Source of the DNA: Actinomycetes bacterium
GTDB lineage: Bacteria > Actinomycetota > Thermoleophilia > Gaiellales > Gaiellaceae
Length of the DNA stretch: 54,705 bases
Assembly (NCBI GenBank): GCA_031371615.1
Contig: JANMJY010000063.1
Coordinates: forward strand, 1 to 54,705
Direction: 5' to 3'
Positions within the stretch are counted from its first letter, which is position 1. Each line of letters opens with the position of its first letter. The position numbers and the translations under genes were made by a program. Below, piece after piece: positions 8,682 through 17,490 of the stretch. Under the pieces are notes generated by a model. That model was not told the DNA's origin. It made no database searches and saw nothing but the letters and a program-made list of their open reading frames with translations.

Positions 8682-9830
8682 ATGCACGGGAGTAAGAGGA
8701 AGGGAGCAGCCGCGTTTGCGGTGCTCACCATTGCGTCGCTGGCGATCGTCGCCTCGGCGTTCGCGCGGGCCGACGTGGCCCCAAACGCCGTGGCGGCTCC
8801 GAACGCGAGCTGCACGGGCGCCAAGATCGGCTTCATGGGCCCGATCACGGGTGACGCCGCGTTTATCGGCAAGGAGCAGCTCGGCTTCTCCAAGTACGCG
8901 ATCCGCAAGCTCGCCGGCGGGAAGATCAAGATTGCCGAGGGCGATACCCAGCTCGATCCGGCTCAGGCCTCGACGGTCGGGACGAAGTTCCATGCGGATG
9001 CGAGCATCCTCGCGGTCGTCGGCCCTGCCGGCAGCCAGGAGGTTCTCGCGGTCGCTCCGATCTTCAAGAAGGCGGAACGACTGCCGTTCATCTCCGGATC
9101 CGCGACGAAGACGTCGCTGACCGCCGGTTCGATCCCGAACTTCTTCCGGGTCGTTCCGAACGACAGCATCCAGGCGCCGACGACGGCGAAGTACATCCGC
9201 CAGGTCCTGAAGGCGAAGTCCGTCTTCATCGTCGACGACCAGACGGCGTACTCGAAGCCGCTGGCAAACGGCGTGCAGGCGAACCTGAAGGCCGGCGGCG
9301 TCAAGGTGGCGCGGAACTCGGTCAACCAGAAGGTGACCGACTTCTCGTCGCTCGTGTCCAAGATCGGCGACGACGTCACCGTCGTGTACCTGCCGTGGCA
9401 GATCGCAGCCAACGCGCAGATCTTCGGCCAGCAGATGAAGGAACAGGGCAAGAAGGCCGTCATCTTCGGGTCGGACGGCGTCGACTCCGGCGACTTCCAC
9501 ATCGCGGGCTCGTATATCTCGGCGTTCGCGCCGGACATCCGGGCGATCAAGGGCAACGCGGCGTTCATCAAGGGCTACGGCGCGAAGTTCGTGTCGAACT
9601 TCGGCCCGCCGATGTATGTGGCCACCCAGGCCGCGATCGCTGCGATCACCAAGGCGTGTGCGGACGGCGACGCCACCCGCGCCGAGGTGCAGAAGAACCT
9701 GAAGGCGACGTACATCCCGAAGTCGATTCTGGGAGGCAACTTCCAGTTCACGGCCAAGGGCGACGTCAAGGGCGCGAAGTTCTACATCTTCAAGCTCGGC
9801 GCCGGCGGCAAGAAAACGCTCGTCGGTTAA
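8682..9830 (+). CDS. Branched-chain amino-acid ABC transporter substrate-binding protein
   Basis: SD AGGAGG (8669-8674) lies 7 nt before the ATG. There is an N-terminal signal/anchor (AAAFAVLTIASLAIVASAFA). Type-I periplasmic binding fold, followed by livHMGF. Confidence 0.85.
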   Translation: MHGSKRKGAAAFAVLTIASLAIVASAFARADVAPNAVAAPNASCTGAKIGFMGPITGDAAFIGKEQLGFSKYAIRKLAGGKIKIAEGDTQLDPAQASTVGTKFHADASILAVVGPAGSQEVLAVAPIFKKAERLPFISGSATKTSLTAGSIPNFFRVVPNDSIQAPTTAKYIRQVLKAKSVFIVDDQTAYSKPLANGVQANLKAGGVKVARNSVNQKVTDFSSLVSKIGDDVTVVYLPWQIAANAQIFGQQMKEQGKKAVIFGSDGVDSGDFHIAGSYISAFAPDIRAIKGNAAFIKGYGAKFVSNFGPPMYVATQAAIAAITKACADGDATRAEVQKNLKATYIPKSILGGNFQFTAKGDVKGAKFYIFKLGAGGKKTLVG

Positions 9831-9847
9831 GACGCTTCACTCGTCAG

Positions 9848-9888
9848 CCGTGCGGTCCGCCCTCGGGGTGGGCCGCACGGTATTTTTT
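9848..9888 (+). terminator. Intra-operon hairpin/attenuating terminator after the binding-protein gene
   Basis: ccgtgcggtc-cgccctcggggtg-ggccgcacgg followed by tattttttg. Confidence 0.65.
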
Positions 9889-9905
9889 GTGGGAAGGTCT
9901 CAGCC

Positions 9906-10829
9906 GTGGACTGGAACTTCTTCGTGCAGCAACTCGTCAACGGGGTGACGCTCGGCAGCGTCTACGCCCTGATCGCGCTCGGCTACACGATGGTCTATGG
10001 GATCCTCAAGCTGCTCAACTTCGCCCACGGCGAGGTCTACATGATGGGTGCGTTCGCGGGCTACGGGGTCCTGACGCTCTTCGGCGGCGCGCTCTCGATC
10101 TCGATCAACGTCGTCCTCCTGATCGCCCTGATGCTCGGCGCCGCGATGCTCGGCTCCGGCCTCCTCGGCGTCGTGATCGAGCGCTTCGCCTACCGGCCGC
10201 TGAGGAACGCGCCGCGAATCGCGCCGCTGATCTCCGCGCTCGGTGTCTCCTTCTTCCTGCAGTCGACGGCGCTCCTGCTCTTCGGGGCCGACTTCCGCAG
10301 CTACGAGACGTACGAGTACATCGACCTCGCGACCGGCATCCACTGGGGGCCGCTGAACATCTCCGTCGTCCGTATCGCCGTGATCCTGACTTCGGTCTTC
10401 CTGATGGTCGCCCTGATGCTGCTCGTCAACAGGACGCGGCTCGGGAAGGCGATGCGCGCCACCGCCTTCGATCGCGAGGCCGCAGCGATGCAGGGGATCG
10501 ACGTCGACCGGGTCATCGTCGCGACCTTCTTCATCGGCTCTGCGCTTGCGGGCGCGGCCGGCGTGATGGTCGGGCTCGTCTTCTACAAGGTCTACCACCT
10601 GATGGGCTTCCTGGCCGGGCTGAAGGGCTTCACCGCCGCGGTCGTCGGCGGGATCGGCTCGATCGGGGGCGCGATGCTCGGCGGCCTCCTGATCGGCCTC
10701 GCCGAGGCCTTCATCACCGGCTACGTGTCCTCGACGTTCGTGGACGTCTTCGTCTTCTCGATCCTGATCGCGCTCCTGCTCGTGCGGCCGAGCGGGCTGC
10801 TCGGCAGGCCGGACATCCAGAAGGTATGA
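9906..10829 (+). CDS. livH: Branched-chain amino-acid ABC transporter permease
   Basis: N-terminus FVQQLVNGVTLGSVYALIALGYTMVYG is typical of LivH. 307 aa, GTG start. Confidence 0.9.
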   Translation: MDWNFFVQQLVNGVTLGSVYALIALGYTMVYGILKLLNFAHGEVYMMGAFAGYGVLTLFGGALSISINVVLLIALMLGAAMLGSGLLGVVIERFAYRPLRNAPRIAPLISALGVSFFLQSTALLLFGADFRSYETYEYIDLATGIHWGPLNISVVRIAVILTSVFLMVALMLLVNRTRLGKAMRATAFDREAAAMQGIDVDRVIVATFFIGSALAGAAGVMVGLVFYKVYHLMGFLAGLKGFTAAVVGGIGSIGGAMLGGLLIGLAEAFITGYVSSTFVDVFVFSILIALLLVRPSGLLGRPDIQKV

Positions 10830-12283
10830 GCGAAGTCCAGGGAACTCCCGAGGGCCCGAAGATCGGCGTCGACGAGTGGGTCGAGCGCGCCGAGGAGCGG
10901 ACGGGGCTGCGGAGTGGCTGGACGGCGCCGATCGTCGCGCTCGTCGAGCGGATCCCGCCTGTCGGCCTCCTGGCTCTCGCGGTCGGCGCGACCGCGCTCG
11001 TCCCGTTTCTCTCGAGCTCGGACTACGTCGTCCGCGTCGCCGTCAACACCGTCCTCTTTGCTCTGCTCGCGGTCGGGCTGAACGTCGTCGTCGGGTGGGC
11101 GGGTCTGCTCGACCTCGGCTTCGTCGCCTTCTACGGCTTCGGCGCCTATCTCTACGCGATCCTCTCCTCGGACCAGTTCGGCGTCCACTGGCCGACCTTC
11201 TTGACGCTCCCCGTGGTCGTCGTCTCGTCGATCCTGCTCGGGCTCCTGCTCGGGCTTCCCTCGCGGCGGCTGCTCGGCGACTACCTGGCGATCGTGACGC
11301 TCTTCTTCGCGCAGATCTTCGTCGTGCTGGCCACGAACGCCGACCGGATCACCCTCCCCTGGAACGACGGGCCGACCGACATCACCGGCGGCCCGAACGG
11401 GATCACGAGCATCGATCCGATCAGCATCCTCGGCTACGACTTCGGCACGACGCGAAGCTACCTCTGGCTCTCGCTGGGTGTCTTCACGGTCGTCGTGATC
11501 GCGCTCCAGCTGGTGAACCACTCGCGTACCGGGCGAGCCTGGCGCGCCCTGCGCGAGGATCCGCTTGCAGCCGAGGCGATGAGCATGCCGGTCAACCGGC
11601 TGAAGCTGCTCGGGTTCATGTTCGGGGCCGCCACGGCAGGGCTGACCGGGACGCTCTTCGCCGCCGTTCAGCTGGGCGTCTTTCCGGGCAACTTCGAGGT
11701 GCCGCTGCTGATCACCATCTACGCGATGGTCATCCTCGGCGGCGCGGGCAGCATCCCCGGCGTCGTTATCGGCGCAGTCGCGATCAACGTCTCGCTGGAG
11801 CTGCTGCGCGACCCGGCACAGGCCCGCCTGCTCTTCTACCTGGCGATCGGCCTCGGGCTGCTGGCGCTGTTGCGGCCCTGGCAGAAGCTCGTCGCCGTCC
11901 CCGTGGCCACGGTGGTCTTCGGCATCGTCGCCTACCAGCTCGCGGAGTGGTTGCGGCCGGCGTGGGTCTCGGGCTCGATCGGCGGGGGCCGCGGCTCGAG
12001 CCTGCTCGACGGCTGGGTGATTCATCCCGTCAACTCGACGCATCTCGGCAACGCCGGCTTCGTGCTCCTGATCGCCGCGGTGATCGTGCTATCGGAGCTG
12101 CGCGGCGTCTGGCGCACCATCCTGCTGGCGCCGACGCTCTACCTGGCCGCGTTCGTCTGGGAGAACCGGCTCGTCGCGGAGCCGAGCGTGACTCGGATCC
12201 TGCTGCTCGGTGCGCTCCTGATCGTGCTGATGACCTGGCGTCCGCAGGGCTTGCTCGGGACCGCGCGCGTGGAGATCGTGTGA
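10826..12283 (+). CDS. livM: Branched-chain amino-acid ABC transporter permease
   Basis: ATGA overlap with livH. LNVVVGWAGLLDLGFVAFYGFGAY is a LivM-type core. The track ORF 9395..12283 is an upstream read-through in the same frame. Confidence 0.9.
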   Translation: MSEVQGTPEGPKIGVDEWVERAEERTGLRSGWTAPIVALVERIPPVGLLALAVGATALVPFLSSSDYVVRVAVNTVLFALLAVGLNVVVGWAGLLDLGFVAFYGFGAYLYAILSSDQFGVHWPTFLTLPVVVVSSILLGLLLGLPSRRLLGDYLAIVTLFFAQIFVVLATNADRITLPWNDGPTDITGGPNGITSIDPISILGYDFGTTRSYLWLSLGVFTVVVIALQLVNHSRTGRAWRALREDPLAAEAMSMPVNRLKLLGFMFGAATAGLTGTLFAAVQLGVFPGNFEVPLLITIYAMVILGGAGSIPGVVIGAVAINVSLELLRDPAQARLLFYLAIGLGLLALLRPWQKLVAVPVATVVFGIVAYQLAEWLRPAWVSGSIGGGRGSSLLDGWVIHPVNSTHLGNAGFVLLIAAVIVLSELRGVWRTILLAPTLYLAAFVWENRLVAEPSVTRILLLGALLIVLMTWRPQGLLGTARVEIV

Positions 12284-13068
12284 CCAAGCTCCTCGAGCTC
12301 AAGGGGATCACCAAGGCGTTCGGCGGCCTGCAGGTGATCGACGGCCTCGACCTGCACGTCGACGAGGGCGAGATCGTCAGCGTGATCGGGCCGAACGGCG
12401 CCGGCAAGACGACGCTCTTCAATCTGATCACCGGCGTGTACGAGCCGGACGCCGGAGCGATCCTGCTCGACGGACGCTCGCTCGTCGGCCTGCCGCCGCA
12501 CCAGATCACGCGGCTCGGGGTCGCTCGCACGTTCCAGACGCTGCGGCTGTTTCTGAACATGACGGTGAAGGAGAACGTGATGGCTGCGGCGTACGGCAGG
12601 ACGCGAGCCGGGGTCGTCCGGTCGATCCTGCGGACGCCGGGCATGCGCCGCGAGGAGCGCGAGATCCACGCGCTCGCCGAAGAGAAACTCGCCTTCTTCG
12701 GCCAGCGGCTGATGGGCTACCGCTGGGACCAGCCCGCGTACTCCCTCTCGTACGCGAACAGGCGCAGGCTGGAGATCGCGCGGGCGACCGCGACCGGCGC
12801 CCGGCTCCTCCTGCTCGACGAGCCCGCCGCCGGGATGAACCCGAAGGAGACGCACGAGATCACCGAGTTGATTGCGAAGCTCCGCACCGACGGCGGCTAC
12901 ACGATCCTCGTGATCGAGCACGACATGCACGTCGTCGAGGGGATCTCGGACCGGGTGGTGGCGCTCGACCACGGCATCAAGATCGCGGAGGGAACCTTCG
13001 GCGACGTCGCAACCGACTCGCGCGTCGTCGAGGCCTATCTCGGCACCAAGGCGGCAGCGACAAAGTGA
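12280..13068 (+). CDS. livG: Branched-chain amino-acid ABC transporter ATP-binding protein
   Basis: GTGA overlap with livM. Walker A GPNGAGKTT, LSYANRRRLEIARA, Walker B LLLLDEPAAG. Confidence 0.9.
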   Translation: MTKLLELKGITKAFGGLQVIDGLDLHVDEGEIVSVIGPNGAGKTTLFNLITGVYEPDAGAILLDGRSLVGLPPHQITRLGVARTFQTLRLFLNMTVKENVMAAAYGRTRAGVVRSILRTPGMRREEREIHALAEEKLAFFGQRLMGYRWDQPAYSLSYANRRRLEIARATATGARLLLLDEPAAGMNPKETHEITELIAKLRTDGGYTILVIEHDMHVVEGISDRVVALDHGIKIAEGTFGDVATDSRVVEAYLGTKAAATK

Positions 13069-13775
13069 GTGCCCTGCTCGAGTTGAAGGCCGTCGACACC
13101 TACTACGGGCCGATTCACATCCTTCAGGGCGTCGACCTCGAGGTCGGCGACGGAGAGCTCGTCTGCCTGCACGGCGGCAACGCGTCGGGGAAGTCGACGA
13201 CGCTGAAGACGATCCTCGGCATCGTCTCGCCGCGCAACGGGTCGGTCAGCTTCGCCGGCGAGGAGATCACTCGCCGTCCGACCGCGCACCGGATTGCCCG
13301 CGGTCTCGCGATCGTGCCGGAGAACCGGCGCGTCTTCGCGCCGATGACCGTGCTCGAGAACCTGGAGATGGGCGCCTACCTGCGGCCGAAGGCCGACCTG
13401 AAGGAGGAGTTCGAGCGCGTCTACGACCTCTTTCCCCTGCTCTACGAGCGGCGCAAGCAGCTCGCGGGGACGATGTCCGGCGGCGAGCAGCAGATGCTCG
13501 CGATGGGCCGGGCGCTGATGTCGAAGCCGAAGCTGCTGTTGATGGACGAGCCCTCGATGGGGCTCGCGCCGATCCTCGTCGAGCGCAGCTTCGAGATCAT
13601 CAAGCAGGTGCACGAGTCCGGCGTCGCGATGCTCGTCGTCGAGCAGAATGCCAACGTCTCCCTCTCGATCGCCGACCGCGGCTACGTGCTCTCCACCGGC
13701 CGCGTCGTGCTCGAAGGCAAGGCGGCCGACCTGCTCCAGAACGAGGACCTCCGCAAGGCCTACCTTGGTCGGTAG
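13065..13775 (+). CDS. livF: Branched-chain amino-acid ABC transporter ATP-binding protein
   Basis: GTGA overlap with livG. GNASGKST, MSGGEQQML, LLLMDEPS. Confidence 0.9.
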   Translation: MSALLELKAVDTYYGPIHILQGVDLEVGDGELVCLHGGNASGKSTTLKTILGIVSPRNGSVSFAGEEITRRPTAHRIARGLAIVPENRRVFAPMTVLENLEMGAYLRPKADLKEEFERVYDLFPLLYERRKQLAGTMSGGEQQMLAMGRALMSKPKLLLMDEPSMGLAPILVERSFEIIKQVHESGVAMLVVEQNANVSLSIADRGYVLSTGRVVLEGKAADLLQNEDLRKAYLGR

Positions 13776-14871
13776 CGCGATTCGGGACCGGTTCCCGGTC
13801 TTCCGCGACAAGGTCTACGTCAACTCCTGCTCCCAGGGTGCGCTGTCGGACGTGGTGCGCGCCGCCTACGAGGAGTACCTCGACGGCTGGGACGCGAACG
13901 GGGCCGAGTGGGAGCATTGGGTCGAGCGCTCCGAGGCGGCGCGGGCCGCGTTCGCGGGGCTGCTCGGGGCCGCGCCCGACGACGTCGCGATCCAGACGTC
14001 GGTCTCGGCGGCGGTGAGCGGTCTCGTCAGCGCGCTGCAGTTCAGGGGCGAGCGCAACCGGATCGTCATCTCCGAGAACGAGTTCCCGACGATCGGGCAG
14101 ATCGCCCACGCGCAGGAGCTCCGCGGCGCGGAGGTCGTCCAGGTCGAGCCGGAGCCCGAGGCGTACGCGTCGGCGATCGACGAGCGAACCGCGCTCGTCG
14201 CCTCGACTCTCGTCTCCTACCGGACGGGGGCGGTGCATGACGTGGAGGCGATCTACGGGCTCGCGCGCGAGCACGGCGCGCTGATGCTCGTCGATGGCTA
14301 TCAGGGGATCGGCGCGATTCCGGTCGACGCGGCGAGGGCGGGCGACGTCGTCGTCGGCGGCACCGTCAAGTACCTGCTCGCCTCGGCGGGGCTTGCGTTC
14401 ATGGCGCTGCGACCCGGGCTCGTCGAGGAGTTGGTGCCCGTGCAGACGGGCTGGTTCGCGGACGAGAACGTCTTCGACATGCAGATCGAGCGCTACCGGC
14501 CGCACCGAAGCGCGCGTCGCTTCGACGCGGGCACGCCCCCGGTGCCGAACATCTACGCGGGCGTCGCGGGTGTTGGGCTGATCGCCGAGGCGGGCGTGCC
14601 CACGATCCAGGCCCACGTGCGCGGCCTTGTCGAGCGGCTCCTCGCCGGGCTCGACGAGCTCGGTGGCCAGGTCGCGGCCGCACCGCACGGCCCGCTCGTC
14701 TGCATCCGCTCCACCGACGCGCCCGCGCTCGTGGCCGCACTCGGCGGGGACGACATCGTCGCGTCCGAGCGCGACTCCAACCTGCGCGTCTCGCTCCACC
14801 TCTACAACACCGACGAGGACGTCGACGCCGTCCTTGCGGCGCTGGCACGCCACCGCGCGCTGCTCGCTTAG
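13765..14871 (+). CDS. Class-V aminotransferase-fold PLP-dependent enzyme
   Basis: FPVFRDKVYVNSCSQGAL start region; PLP-lysine region GGTVKYLLAS. The start is assigned to TTG 13765 (overlaps the livF end) and is uncertain. Confidence 0.7.
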   Translation: MVGSAIRDRFPVFRDKVYVNSCSQGALSDVVRAAYEEYLDGWDANGAEWEHWVERSEAARAAFAGLLGAAPDDVAIQTSVSAAVSGLVSALQFRGERNRIVISENEFPTIGQIAHAQELRGAEVVQVEPEPEAYASAIDERTALVASTLVSYRTGAVHDVEAIYGLAREHGALMLVDGYQGIGAIPVDAARAGDVVVGGTVKYLLASAGLAFMALRPGLVEELVPVQTGWFADENVFDMQIERYRPHRSARRFDAGTPPVPNIYAGVAGVGLIAEAGVPTIQAHVRGLVERLLAGLDELGGQVAAAPHGPLVCIRSTDAPALVAALGGDDIVASERDSNLRVSLHLYNTDEDVDAVLAALARHRALLA

Positions 14872-15461
14872 CTCTCCGCCGCCGGATCGTCGAAGGGGAG
14901 CACGTCGGACGACCAGTCGCGCCGCTTCCAGTCCGGCACCGGCGGCTCCTTGCCTGGCTTCGGCACGAAGCGGGAGCGCTCGACGAGCGCCAGCCGGTGG
15001 ATGTAGCGCGGGCAGTTCGGGAAGACCTCGGTCGCCCGGACGCGGACGACGCACTGGGCGCCGACGTACTCAGCAAGCAAAGGATCCGCTTCGTCGATCG
15101 AGGCGACGCCATTCAGGCGCAGGCGTGTCTGGCCGTCGAAGTCGATGAAGAGCAGGCCGACGTGGGGGTTCGCGACGACGTTGCCGAGCGAGAGGAACAT
15201 GCCGTTCCCGTTGTAGCTCGGGAAAGCGAGCGTCTGTTCGTCGAGGACGCGCACGAAGCCCGGGTCACCGCCCTTGTAGGAGCACTGGGGCATGCCGTCC
15301 GCATCCGCAGTAGCAAGGAAGAACATGTCGCGCGCCTCGATGAACGCGCGGTCCTCCTTGTCGATCGCAGCGTGGACGAGCCGCTCCTCGATGCGGTCGG
15401 CGAGACGGCGCGCGTCGAAGCGGTCCTGGAAGCTCCGGCTGCCGTCGTGATAGAAGCTCAC
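14868..15461 (-). CDS. Pyridoxamine 5'-phosphate oxidase-family (split-barrel flavin-binding) protein
   Basis: From GTG 15461 the sequence reads VSFYHDGSRSFQDRFDARRLADRIEERL...FFLATADADGMPQCSYKGG, characteristic of this family. The remainder of track ORF 14868..15968 is upstream read-through. Confidence 0.75.
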   Translation of the reverse strand: MSFYHDGSRSFQDRFDARRLADRIEERLVHAAIDKEDRAFIEARDMFFLATADADGMPQCSYKGGDPGFVRVLDEQTLAFPSYNGNGMFLSLGNVVANPHVGLLFIDFDGQTRLRLNGVASIDEADPLLAEYVGAQCVVRVRATEVFPNCPRYIHRLALVERSRFVPKPGKEPPVPDWKRRDWSSDVLPFDDPAAES

Positions 15462-15470
15462 GCCGAGATC

Positions 15471-16022
15471 ATGCGCCCGAACGGACCGGAAATCCACGTC
15501 GTCGCGCTCGGCGACTCGATCACGGCCGGCTCGCCGTGGGACGACGACCCCGCGATCGGCTGGCCGGCCGCTGCGGCGGAGGCAGACCCGCGCCTGCGGT
15601 TTACGGTGCGCGCGGCGTACGGGAAGCGGACGGACGAGATCGCGGCGTGGCTCGATGAGGCGGCGTCCGGCGCCGAGGCGCTCGTCGTGCAGGGCGGCAT
15701 CAACGACATCGCGCAGGGACGGCCGGTCGGCGACGCGGCGGCGAATCTCCGCGAGCTGATCCGCCGGGGGCAGGAGCTCGGACTGCGCGTCGCCGTCGCC
15801 GACGTCCTGCCGTGGAACAACGGCTGGCCCGCCGCGGAGGCTGCGATCCGCGAATTGAACGCGTTGATCGCGGGGATGGGCGTGCCGGTGCTGCCCTTCC
15901 ACGAGACCCTGGAGGACGCGGAGCGGCCGGGTCGGATGCGCGAGGAGTGGACGATCGAGGGCGATCATCCAGCCATCGAGGGCTACCGGCGGCTGGGCGA
16001 GCTAGCCTTCCGCCTTCCATGA
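15471..16022 (+). CDS. SGNH/GDSL-family hydrolase
   Basis: MRPNGPEIHVVALGDSITAG (block I Ser), GGINDI (block III), GDHP near the C-terminus. Confidence 0.75.
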   Translation: MRPNGPEIHVVALGDSITAGSPWDDDPAIGWPAAAAEADPRLRFTVRAAYGKRTDEIAAWLDEAASGAEALVVQGGINDIAQGRPVGDAAANLRELIRRGQELGLRVAVADVLPWNNGWPAAEAAIRELNALIAGMGVPVLPFHETLEDAERPGRMREEWTIEGDHPAIEGYRRLGELAFRLP

Positions 16023-16873
16023 CTCTCGAATATGGCGCCCGCTCGATGACCCAGCCGCTCCGGCGCGTGCTCGTGCGCCCGCCCCAGGCGGCCGATGCCG
16101 CACGCTGGCGCGAGTATGGGTGGCGCGCCGAGCCCGACCTCGCCGCCGCCGTCGCCGAGCACGAGGCCCTGCGTGAGATCCTCGCGGGTGCGGGCGCCGA
16201 GGTGATCGTGTCGGAGGGTGAGAGAGGGAACCCGGACGCGATCTACGCTTACGACCCGGTCCTCGTCGGCGAGCGCGGCGCCTTGCTGCTCCGTCCGGGC
16301 AAGGACGAGCGGCTGGGCGAGCCGGCTGCGCTGGAAGACGATCTCGCCGGGGCGGGTATCCCGATCGCCGGCCGCATCGAGGCGCCCGGCACGATCGACG
16401 GCGGCGACACGCTCTGGCTCGATCGCGACACCCTGCTCGTCGGCCGCGGCTACCGCACGAACGCCGCCGGCGTGGAGCAGTTGGCAGCCGCCTTCCCGGA
16501 CGCCGAGGTGCTTTCCTACGACCTACCGCACTGGAACGGCCGCGCGGAAGTGATGCATCTGATGAGCCTGATCTCGCCACTGGACGACGACCTCGCGCTC
16601 GTCTATCCGCGCCTTGCGCCCGTTCGCCTGATCGAGCTCCTGCACGAGCGCGGGATCGAGCTCGTCGAGGTACCGGACGAGGAGTTCGAGACGATGGGAC
16701 CGAACGTGCTCGCCCTCGGCCCGCGTCACGCGCTCGCGCTCGAGGGGAACGACGAGACCCGCCGCCGCATGGAGGCCGCAGGTGTCGAGGTGCTCACCTA
16801 CCGCGGCGACGAGATCTCGCGGAAAGGGGACGGCGGCCCGACCTGCTTGACGCGGCCGCTGCTGCGCAGATGA
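16019..16873 (+). CDS. Dimethylarginine dimethylaminohydrolase / amidinotransferase-family protein
   Basis: ATGA overlap with the SGNH gene. DGGDTLWL, HLMSLISPL, and a C-terminal catalytic Cys in GDGGPTCLTRPL. Confidence 0.8.
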   Translation: MTLEYGARSMTQPLRRVLVRPPQAADAARWREYGWRAEPDLAAAVAEHEALREILAGAGAEVIVSEGERGNPDAIYAYDPVLVGERGALLLRPGKDERLGEPAALEDDLAGAGIPIAGRIEAPGTIDGGDTLWLDRDTLLVGRGYRTNAAGVEQLAAAFPDAEVLSYDLPHWNGRAEVMHLMSLISPLDDDLALVYPRLAPVRLIELLHERGIELVEVPDEEFETMGPNVLALGPRHALALEGNDETRRRMEAAGVEVLTYRGDEISRKGDGGPTCLTRPLLRR

Positions 16874-17490
16874 ACGTGTTCGAGCTGATCGACGCCGGCG
16901 ACGCTACAGCGCTCCGTGACGAGCTCGATCTCGACCCCGACGTGGCAGGGCGCCGGAACGCCGATGGCCTCTCGCCGGTCCTCTACGCGCTCTACAACGG
17001 CAAGAGCGACCTCGTTCAGCCTTTGCTCGACGCGAACCCCCCGCTCGACCTCTTCGACTCCGCCGCTGTCGGCCGCACACGCGGGCTCGAGGAGTTGCTT
17101 GACGCGGAGCTCGCGACCTCCTGGTCCCCGGACGGCTTCACCGCGCTGCACCTCGCCTCGTTCTTCGGCCAGGAGGAGGCGGCGAAGATCCTGCTCGAAC
17201 GCGGTGCCGAGGTCAATCTCGTCGCGCGCAACCCGAGCATCCACGTCACCCCGCTGCACAGCGCGGCCGCCGGCTCGCACTCCGAGATCGTCAAGCTCCT
17301 GCTCGAGCACGGCGCCGATCCGAACGCCGCCCAGGACGGCGGGTTCACGCCGCTCCACTCGGCCGCGCAGAACGACGACCGCGAGAGCGTCGAGGCGCTG
17401 CTGGAAGCGGGGGCGGATCCGTCGCGTGCGAACGACGAGGGCAAGACGCCGGCCGAACTCGCCGGCGACGAGACCCGCGACCTCTTCTAG
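16870..17490 (+). CDS. Ankyrin-repeat protein
   Basis: Repeated G-(F)T-(A/P)LH-xAA-xxG-xxEivklLLehGAdpn units (about 4-5 repeats). ATGA overlap with the preceding gene. Confidence 0.85.
   Translation: MNVFELIDAGDATALRDELDLDPDVAGRRNADGLSPVLYALYNGKSDLVQPLLDANPPLDLFDSAAVGRTRGLEELLDAELATSWSPDGFTALHLASFFGQEEAAKILLERGAEVNLVARNPSIHVTPLHSAAAGSHSEIVKLLLEHGADPNAAQDGGFTPLHSAAQNDDRESVEALLEAGADPSRANDEGKTPAELAGDETRDLF

Noticed and set aside
9395-10825. Upstream part of the 962-aa ORF 9395..12283
   Set aside because: It is an out-of-frame read-through across the binding-protein and livH genes and is Arg/Pro-rich. LivM begins at ATG 10826, coupled to the livH stop.
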